From NCBI GenBank assembly GCA_965263355.1, contig CBDHHL010000056.1:384001-448000 (forward strand): a DNA stretch of 64,000 nt, in the 5' to 3' direction. Of the stretch, positions 39,642 through 48,200 are shown one piece after another; the first letter of the stretch is position 1, and the number at the start of each line of letters is the position of its first letter. Source of the stretch: Leptolyngbyaceae cyanobacterium (GTDB taxonomy: Bacteria > Cyanobacteriota > Cyanobacteriia > Phormidesmidales > Phormidesmidaceae). The notes under the pieces were generated by a model. The model searched no databases. It was not told where the DNA came from and saw only the letters and a program-made list of their open reading frames with translations. A program made the translations under genes and the position numbers.

Positions 39642-42600
39642 TGATGATGCGTTTGTTATCTAACTTACTTTGTTTAGGACTGTTCACCACACTGACGGGT
39701 GTGGTGGCGTTACTGCAGCCGTCTCAGGCAGCTCAAGGGCAAGCGACTCAAGGGCAAGCTGCTTTATCACCCATTGACATTGATGCAGATATGGCGGTTG
39801 GTGCTGAGACACCACATCTGTTAGCTCAGGCCAGTGATGACCTACCTGACGATTTGCTCGATGCAAATACGTTGCCAGTGGCAGAGGACCCTGGAGAAGC
39901 CGAAGGCTTTATTGATGAAACCATTATTCGGTCGGTTCCCAGCCATCTGCCACCGCTGATTCAAGAGGAATTGGGCGATAATTTATCCCTGGAGATTTTT
40001 CCGGCAGCTGAGTCGTTTCTCCCGGCTGATGGTCGGTCCACGCTCACCCTTAAGGGAAATATTCTGGATGAGAATGGCAATCCTGTGCGTGAAGATGTGG
40101 TGGTTACCCTCACGGTCTCGGCGGGTAGCTTTATCGGTGCTGACTACGATATTGACCGCAGCGGGTTTCAGGTATTAGCTCGCCAAGGAGAATTTGAGGT
40201 TGAGCTACGGTCATCTCTTGATGCTCAAACGGTAACTATCCGTGCTAGCGCGTCAGCCCGTGAGGCTTTAGGCCTGGTAGACGATAAAGACACATCGCGA
40301 AAGCCAGCGGCTGAGCTTGACGGTTACACTCAAGTTAATTTCACGACGCCCTATCGTCCATCTTTAGTGGCCGGTGTCGTTGACTTTCGCTTTGGACCTG
40401 GGGCAACGAATCTTTGGGGTCGCTATGCCGACTTCCTGGAGCCAGGTGAGCTGGGAGAGTATGATGCTGATCTGAATGCGGGAATTTTTGCGACAGGCAC
40501 CATTGGTGACTGGTTGTTAACGGCAGCGTTTAATAGTGAGCGGGCTTTAAACGAACGCTGTAATGACAACCGTCTCTATCGAGATGTTCAGAGCTGTGAG
40601 CAAACCTATCCTACCTATGGCGACAGTTCCACCACCGACTTTTTAACCCCCTCGATTGATAGTTTCTATGTTCGTTTTGAGCAAGACTCTCAGATCGTCG
40701 GATATGAGCCCAACTTCTTTATGTGGGGGGATTACGATACGGATGAATTTGCCCGATTCTCCCAGGAGTTTTCGGCCCTAAGTCGTCAACTTCACGGCTT
40801 TAAGGGGAACTATACCTTCGGCAATGGGTTACAGTTAACGGCCCTGTATGCCAACAATGTCAGAGCACTGCAACGGGACACGATTGTGCCCGATGGCACG
40901 AGTGGTTATTACTTCCTGTCCCGTCGTCTGGTGTTGGCTGGTAGTGAAGATCTCTTTTTCGAGATTGAGGAACTCAACCGCCCCGGCACAGTGATTGAGC
41001 GAGTGCGTTTACAGCGAGGGATCGATTACACCATTGACTATGATCGCGGGGCAATTCTGTTTAATAGTCCTGTTTCTGCTGTTGATGCTAATCCCTTTGG
41101 TCCGGCACTAGTCCGACGAATTGTAGCGACCTATCAAATAGACGGGGACGATGATGATGGAGATTTGTTTGGTGGGCGACTGCAATACAATTTTGATACC
41201 AGCCTCGAATCCCCTAGCTGGATAGGTGCTTCCGCTATTGTTGAAAATCAGGGTGCTCAAGATTTTAGCTTAATTGGTGTGGATGCCCTGGTACAGCTGG
41301 GTGATTCTGGGCGGCTGGTGGCTGAGTTAGCCCGTTCTTCTTTGGATAACCCCACTGTTGATGAAGACGGCACTGCCATTCGGGTCGAGGCTACGGGCAA
41401 AATCACGCCAGATTTAGCAGGAACAGCCTATTTTAGAGATGCCGATAGTGGTTTTCGCAATGAGGCAACAACGAGTTTTAGGGCAGGCCAAACCCGTTGG
41501 GGTGGGCAATTGGGCTACAACCTGAGTCGCGATACTCAGCTCCAGCTCCAGTTTGACCGTGAAGAAAACAGAGGTAATGAAGATCTGATTCCCACGGCCA
41601 CAGAACAACTCCTGAATCCAGGCTTGGTCAGATCTGATGGGGCCACCGTAAACAATTCCATCACCACGATTCGGGCTGGGGTACAACAGCAGTTTGGTGA
41701 CCTCACGGGTAACTTGGATTGGGTTTATCGCGATCGCAATGACCGAGTTACCGGTACCGATGTCGAATCTAGTCAAATATCCGCTGGTCTCACCTGGCCC
41801 CTAGCCGAGAGATTAACCTTCCGGGCTCAATCAGATATTGCTCTGAGTAACGAAGATGACGCCTATCCAGGCCAAACGGTGGTAGGTCTTGACTGGGAAG
41901 TTTTGCCGGAAATTACCCTGAGATTTGCCCAGCGGTTCTTCCATGACGATGATGCCACTCCCGATGCTTTAACCACCGTCGATGCCCTCGTCAACTATGA
42001 CCTCACTGACAATACCGAATTGACTGGCCGTTACTCCATTTTGGGAGCCAACAACGGCATGAGTGGACAGGGGGCTCTGGGTTTGAACCATAGAATCAAT
42101 CTGGGGCCTGGGCTCCATGCAGATTTTGGTTTCCAGCGGATCTTTGGCGACAGTCTCTCCTCCATTACTGGCGGCAACCAGGTGATACAGCCCTACGCTG
42201 TAGGGCAGTCATCGGCGTCCTTAGGTCTGGTAAGCGGTACCACCTATACCTTGGGTCTGGAATACACTGACAACTCTGATTTTCAGGCCAGTGCCCGGTT
42301 TGAGCACCGCGACTCTGAGGATGGTGACAACACAGTTGTCACCGCATCCGCTGCGGGCAAACTCTCACCCGCACTGACAACGTTGGCTCGGTTTGAACAT
42401 GCTAACTTTTCTAATCAAACAATTACCGATCGGCTAAATAGTTCTACTAGCGCTCGTTTAGGCCTGGCTTACCGCAATCCAAAGAGTGACAAGTTCAATG
42501 CGCTGTTGAGCTATGAATATGCCATCAACCCCTCCAGTACGCCTAATTCTCTGCTGGTGGGTGCAGGCTCAGATTCGATTCAAGAGCATACCCTGGCCAT

Positions 42601-43144
42601 GGAGGGCATTTATGCTCCTAGCTGGCGCTGGGAGTTTTACGGCAAATATGCTCTAAGAGCAACTAACGCCGATTTAGATTCCCTGGGTGTAACATCGTCC
42701 AATGCTATTCACTTGGCTCAATTTAGAGCCACCCATCGGTTCGCCTACCGTTGGGATGTCACTGGAGAAATCCGTTACATCACTCAACCGGAAACGAATT
42801 ATGACGAGGTTGGATTTGCCCTCGAAGCCGGTTACTATCTCACACCAGACCTGCGTTTGGGATTGGGGTATAGCTTTGGTAGCGTCAATGATCGTTCCTT
42901 GGGTGGTAGTGGCTATCGATCAGATGATGGCCCCTACATAGGAGTTACCTTTAAGGTCAATGAGCTTTGGGATCAGTTTGGTCTTCAGCAGATAGCCCCG
43001 GCACAACAAGAGGAGTCCCTGGTCGAGGCCGACGGTTCGCCACCACCCACTGCAGAACCGGTCAGTGTTGTTCCGACATCAAATCAAGTAACGGAAGTCC
43101 CACAGACAACAGTTCCACAGACAACTGACGGGGGTGAGGAGTAA
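39641..43144 (+). CDS. Large predicted outer-membrane beta-barrel protein with N-terminal Ig-like domain
   Basis: Signal peptide, PADGRSTLTL invasin-like Ig motif, and about 700 aa of alternating amphipathic strands rich in Gly, Tyr and Phe; TAATG overlap with the upstream gene. Confidence 0.75.
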   Translation: MMMRLLSNLLCLGLFTTLTGVVALLQPSQAAQGQATQGQAALSPIDIDADMAVGAETPHLLAQASDDLPDDLLDANTLPVAEDPGEAEGFIDETIIRSVPSHLPPLIQEELGDNLSLEIFPAAESFLPADGRSTLTLKGNILDENGNPVREDVVVTLTVSAGSFIGADYDIDRSGFQVLARQGEFEVELRSSLDAQTVTIRASASAREALGLVDDKDTSRKPAAELDGYTQVNFTTPYRPSLVAGVVDFRFGPGATNLWGRYADFLEPGELGEYDADLNAGIFATGTIGDWLLTAAFNSERALNERCNDNRLYRDVQSCEQTYPTYGDSSTTDFLTPSIDSFYVRFEQDSQIVGYEPNFFMWGDYDTDEFARFSQEFSALSRQLHGFKGNYTFGNGLQLTALYANNVRALQRDTIVPDGTSGYYFLSRRLVLAGSEDLFFEIEELNRPGTVIERVRLQRGIDYTIDYDRGAILFNSPVSAVDANPFGPALVRRIVATYQIDGDDDDGDLFGGRLQYNFDTSLESPSWIGASAIVENQGAQDFSLIGVDALVQLGDSGRLVAELARSSLDNPTVDEDGTAIRVEATGKITPDLAGTAYFRDADSGFRNEATTSFRAGQTRWGGQLGYNLSRDTQLQLQFDREENRGNEDLIPTATEQLLNPGLVRSDGATVNNSITTIRAGVQQQFGDLTGNLDWVYRDRNDRVTGTDVESSQISAGLTWPLAERLTFRAQSDIALSNEDDAYPGQTVVGLDWEVLPEITLRFAQRFFHDDDATPDALTTVDALVNYDLTDNTELTGRYSILGANNGMSGQGALGLNHRINLGPGLHADFGFQRIFGDSLSSITGGNQVIQPYAVGQSSASLGLVSGTTYTLGLEYTDNSDFQASARFEHRDSEDGDNTVVTASAAGKLSPALTTLARFEHANFSNQTITDRLNSSTSARLGLAYRNPKSDKFNALLSYEYAINPSSTPNSLLVGAGSDSIQEHTLAMEGIYAPSWRWEFYGKYALRATNADLDSLGVTSSNAIHLAQFRATHRFAYRWDVTGEIRYITQPETNYDEVGFALEAGYYLTPDLRLGLGYSFGSVNDRSLGGSGYRSDDGPYIGVTFKVNELWDQFGLQQIAPAQQEESLVEADGSPPPTAEPVSVVPTSNQVTEVPQTTVPQTTDGGEE

Positions 43145-45219
43145 TGAAATCAACTATGCAGGTATCGAAACTAGTCAGAACGGTCGCCCTGGCCGTTACG
43201 TTTCCCCTAACGGTCCACACGTCAATGGTTCAAGCCCAGCCAGAAACGGTTACCCCCTATTCCATTATTGTTAACTCAGCCAATGATGGCGTTGTGCGAC
43301 CCGACGATGAACTCACACTGCGGGAAGCCATTGAGGTGATCAATGGCACATTGCCATTGACCGCACTGAGCACAGCTGAACAGGCCCGGATCACACCAGC
43401 GGCTAGCCCGTCGATTAATTTTAGCTTGGCAGGTGATACTACCATTGCCCTGGTGGCACCATTGCCTCCCATTATGGCTCCAGGCACCCTGATAGATGGG
43501 TCCAGCCAACCTGGTTATGGCCCTGTTTCTACCACGGATACCATGGTTACTGCAGTGCCTACCCCCGTAGTGGCACTGACCCCAGCCACCGGATCTGAAG
43601 TGCTCCGTGGACTGACCATTACGGCTGATGAGGTAACGGTGCGCGGTCTCAGCCTGTATGGATTTTCGGCCAGACATCGCTCCACCCAAACGACGCCCCC
43701 AGCCGATATTCTGATTACCCACCTGGCACCACCTGTAGACGCAGGTCTACCTGACCCTCCAGGCTGGCGAACGTTGCGGCCTGATGAAGACTCCAATGCC
43801 CCTGTGGGTGTAGTGATTGAGGATAACTGGTTAGGTATGTCGCCAACGGGACAAATGCCACCTGAAGAGCAGATGTCTGCCCTGGGTGTGTTTGTTTTTA
43901 ACGGTCTGGATACGGTGATCCAACGTAATCGAATTGAGTTTCATGAGGGCAGCGGTATCATTACGGGAGCCCAGGCCATGGGCATGGAGGTTACGGAAAA
44001 TACGATGCGGGCGAACGGTGTGGCTGGAATCCCCGATGCCATTCGTTTGGATGGCAACATTGATGGCACTGAAATTTATGGCAACTTGATGTGCGGCACC
44101 GATGGTAGTGGTGTGTTTATGTTTAAGCCTCAGGGTGCTGCCCGAATTTACAGTAACGATATTCGATTTAATGGGCGACGCTTTAGACGGGCTGCGGTCT
44201 ATCTTATGGGTAATGGCCATGAGGTGACTGATAATGTGATTCAGCATCAGCCAGGTCCGGGAGTTGCGATCGCATCCTATCCTCGCAGTGAAGGCAACGT
44301 TATTCGCAACAATACCTTTGCGGCTCTCGATGGCCTCAGCGTAGACCTGGGCCATAACGACAACAGCGGCATTCAAGATTTTCAGCGAAAAGACGGCCCC
44401 AACCCACCCCGCAATTCCTCGATGCGGCGTCGGGATACGGCCAATGGCTCGATCAACGCTCCGGAATTTGATGACTATGTCTTCCCAGTAAGCAATGGTC
44501 AAGTCACCTTAAGTGGTATCGCCGATCCGGGAACTGCCATTGACATCTATAAAGTTGTGGATCGCCAAGGGTACTACGGTGCCCTCAACGAATATGTGAC
44601 CACCGTATCTGCAGACGCAACCGGCAGTTTTATTGTAGAAGTCAATGTTCCGGACGGTACGTTACTCAGTGCGATCGCCACTGATGACGTTTACGGCACC
44701 TCGGAACCCTCGGCCATCACTGGTGTTGGTACCCTGGGAGATGGGCCAACAACCCCCGCCATGCCAAGTTGTGAAATTGCTCAAGAGCCCCCAGAACCCG
44801 CTCCGGAACTGCCGCCAGATCCAGTGATTTTACGAATTCCTCGCAACATTCACTTTGCCCTCGATAAGTCAGACATCTCTCCTGAGTCTGCCACCATCAT
44901 GGATGAGATTATCGCTGTTTTACTAGAATATCCATTTATTACCGTTGAGTTACAGGGACACACCGATCCTCGCGCTAGCAATGCTTATAACCAGGCCCTG
45001 GGTGAACGGAGGGCTTTGGCAGCGAGAAACTATCTGCTTCAGCGGGGGATTGCCCCAGAGCGCATGCGAATTCGCTCCTTTGGTGAAACACAACGGGTAT
45101 CTAGCGGTTCTGGACGCATTGATTATGCCCGCGATCGTCGCACTGAGTTTATCTTTACCGATACTCGCGGTCTCGACATCATCTACGAAAACTTGGAAAC
45201 AGATTTACAGCTCGAATAA
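43144..45219 (+). CDS. Secreted parallel beta-helix protein with C-terminal OmpA-like peptidoglycan-binding domain
   Basis: Signal peptide, IVNS..D..TLREAI (CSLREA-like) cap, G-x-x-I-x-x-N repeats, Pro-rich linker, and IHFALDKS..GHTD..YNQALGERRA. Confidence 0.88.
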   Translation: MKSTMQVSKLVRTVALAVTFPLTVHTSMVQAQPETVTPYSIIVNSANDGVVRPDDELTLREAIEVINGTLPLTALSTAEQARITPAASPSINFSLAGDTTIALVAPLPPIMAPGTLIDGSSQPGYGPVSTTDTMVTAVPTPVVALTPATGSEVLRGLTITADEVTVRGLSLYGFSARHRSTQTTPPADILITHLAPPVDAGLPDPPGWRTLRPDEDSNAPVGVVIEDNWLGMSPTGQMPPEEQMSALGVFVFNGLDTVIQRNRIEFHEGSGIITGAQAMGMEVTENTMRANGVAGIPDAIRLDGNIDGTEIYGNLMCGTDGSGVFMFKPQGAARIYSNDIRFNGRRFRRAAVYLMGNGHEVTDNVIQHQPGPGVAIASYPRSEGNVIRNNTFAALDGLSVDLGHNDNSGIQDFQRKDGPNPPRNSSMRRRDTANGSINAPEFDDYVFPVSNGQVTLSGIADPGTAIDIYKVVDRQGYYGALNEYVTTVSADATGSFIVEVNVPDGTLLSAIATDDVYGTSEPSAITGVGTLGDGPTTPAMPSCEIAQEPPEPAPELPPDPVILRIPRNIHFALDKSDISPESATIMDEIIAVLLEYPFITVELQGHTDPRASNAYNQALGERRALAARNYLLQRGIAPERMRIRSFGETQRVSSGSGRIDYARDRRTEFIFTDTRGLDIIYENLETDLQLE

Positions 45220-45240
45220 GGCCTGTGTTGGCTTGCTCAT

Positions 45241-48200
45241 TTGTTAGACCAATCTGTCAGTAACAGTAGAGAACTAGTAGAGAATTCAGCCGTGAAATTT
45301 TGTCATAACCACTTAAAGCAACTGTTCTTGCAAGGCCTTCCTTTCACTGGTAAAGGCTATTTCAAGCAAATGCCAAGCCATGGGAAACTAGCCCAGCCCC
45401 TGGCTTGGAGTCTTCCCCTTATCAGTATCCTGGCCAGTGCGCCCACTGCCTTAGCTCAAGTCAATGTCTCATTAGACTGGGATACCGTTGACTTTCCCGT
45501 AACAGGTTCAGAGATCTACACCGATGTTGGGGGTAGTGGTGTTGATGTACAGATCTCGGTAACGGGGGCTGTTACAGGTAACGGTAACCCTAACCTTAAC
45601 TTGGGGGATTCTGGCTTCGTCACAACGACTCCATTCACTGCAGGCGATCCACCGGTTACACCAGGTGCCGTAGAAACCCTGCTTGTCGGTATTGAAGGCG
45701 GCTCCGAAGCAGTTGTTACCATCGAGTTTTTTGAAACTGGCACAACAACTCCTGTTGACGTTGATCTGGCCTCTATTCCCCTGTTTGATGTTGATCTTCT
45801 GTTTAATAGTAATAATGTAGTTAGCTGGCAGGATGAAGTTGAAGTATCGGCTTCATCAGGAGGAGTAGCTGCTGACATTACAACTAGTGATGGTGCTGGT
45901 GCGAATGAAGGGTCATTTAATGCAGAGACTGCTGGAGCTGATTCAGTCACTCTGATTGGATTTAATACCATCGATGATCCCGGTATACCAGCTGCTCCGA
46001 GTGTAAATGCTAATTCACCAAGACAACCACTTCGAACTACGCCAACAACCATTGGTGAGTTTCAACAGGGCAATGCTACCGTTAACTTTCCCGGTGAAGT
46101 CGATACAATTACCATTGTGTTTCGTGATGGTCCAGCCACTCCTACAGGATCGGGGAATTTCCATGCGATCGCTATCGGTGATATTTCCTTCACCGCCAAC
46201 CTGACACCAGCAACTCCCTCTATCGGTATTGCTAAAGAGATTGACGGCGTACCCACCGAGACGGCTACTCCTGGAATCTTTGAGCTGACCTACAACCTAA
46301 CCATTGCAAATACGGGCAGTGAAGCTCTGAATACCGTCCAGATTGTCGAAGACTTTATCGACCCGATTACCGGTGGACCTACCTTTGGTCCTGGTAATAT
46401 CATTTCTTCAACCATCGGGACAGTTATACCCACTGGTGGCGCTATTATCGAAACTAACGACGCCTACAACGTCGCAGCCACTGGTGTAGCCAACGCTAAT
46501 GTCCTAGTCGCCGCTAACTCCAGCCTACCCGTTGGGGCCAGCGCGACAATTCCCATCACGATCCAAGTAGATACCACTCAGCCTGATTTCCCACCTGATG
46601 GAGGCGACGGCTATAACAACCAGGCCACCGTTACTGCAATAGGAGAAAGTGGTACTCCGGCCCCACCGGATGACTCAGATAATGGCACCGAGCCAGACCC
46701 TAATGGTAACGGAGATCCAACGGAAGACGGTGAAAATGACCCCACCCCTGCATCCTTTGCCTTTGCACCGGCCATTGGTCTGGCTAAACAGGTTGCTTCC
46801 CCCCCTACGCCAGCCGCCACGCCGGGTTTCTTTAACATTACCTATCTGCTAACGGTGGAAAACCTGGGTAACGAACAATTGGATGAGGTACAGATTGTCG
46901 AAGACTTTATCGATCCCCTGACTGCTTTACCTACCTTTGGTCCTGGCAATATTACTGTTTCAAATATTGGAACAATTACCAATAACGGTGGTGGCACCTT
47001 AACCCTCAATCCTGACTACAACGCTACTGCTACGGGCACTGCTAATAGCGATGTCCTGGCCACTGGAGGAAGTCTGCCCATCGGGGCCAGTGCGACGATT
47101 CCCATCGTTATTCAAGTAGACACCACTCAGCTCGACTTTCCAGACGATACCGCTGGTGATGGCTTTAACAACCAGGCCACAGCGTCTGGAACTGGTGCCA
47201 ATAGTGGAGAAGGGGTAGAGGATGAGTCAGATGATGGTACCGAGCCAGATTCGGATGGTAACGGCAGTGCAGATGATCCAGGTGAGGATGATCCCACCCC
47301 AGTCACCTTTGAGACTGAACCCGCTGTCGGTATAGCGAAACAGATTGCCGACGGACCAACCGAAACGACTACTCCCGGCATCTTTGAGCTGACCTACAAC
47401 CTAACCATTGAAAATACAGGCACTGAAGCCCTAGATGCTGTCCAAATAGATGAACCCTTCTTTGACCCGATTACCAATGGGCCCACATTTGGCCCTGACA
47501 ATATTGTGTCTTCAACCATCGGGACGGTCATACCCAGTGGTGGCGCTGTTATCGAAACTAACGACAACTACAACGTATCAGCCACTGGCCCCACCGATAC
47601 CAGTGTCTTGGTGGAAGCTAGCTCCAGCCTACCCTTGGGTGCCAGTGCGACGATTCCCATTACAATACAGGTAGATATTACTCAGCCTGATTTCCCAGCT
47701 GATGGGGGAGACGGATATAACAACCAGGCAACCGTTACTGGAACGGGAGAAAGTGGCAATCCAGCACCACCGGATCTGTCGGACGATGGCACCGAGCCAG
47801 ACCCAAATAACAACGGTGATCCAACGGAAGACGGTGAAAATGATCCCACACCCGCATCCTTTGATTTGACGCCTGCCATTGGTGTGTCTAAACGAGTAAT
47901 CTCTGCCACTACTCAGCCAGATGGTGACTTTGAGGTGGTTTATGAAACAACCGTTGAGAACCTGGGTCAAGTCACCTTAACTGATGTGCAATTGGTGGAA
48001 GATCTAGATGACACCTATGGAGAGGGGGCCTTTCAGATTATTTCAACCCCTGACTTCACACCACGTGGCACGGTAGATGAAGTCGAACTTGAAGTAAATG
48101 ACAACTTTGACGGTGATGCTCCCAACGGTATTCCCGGTGATACCAATATCATTTTGCCAACGGGACAAACTTTGCAGCCAGGTCAAAATTCTACATTCCA

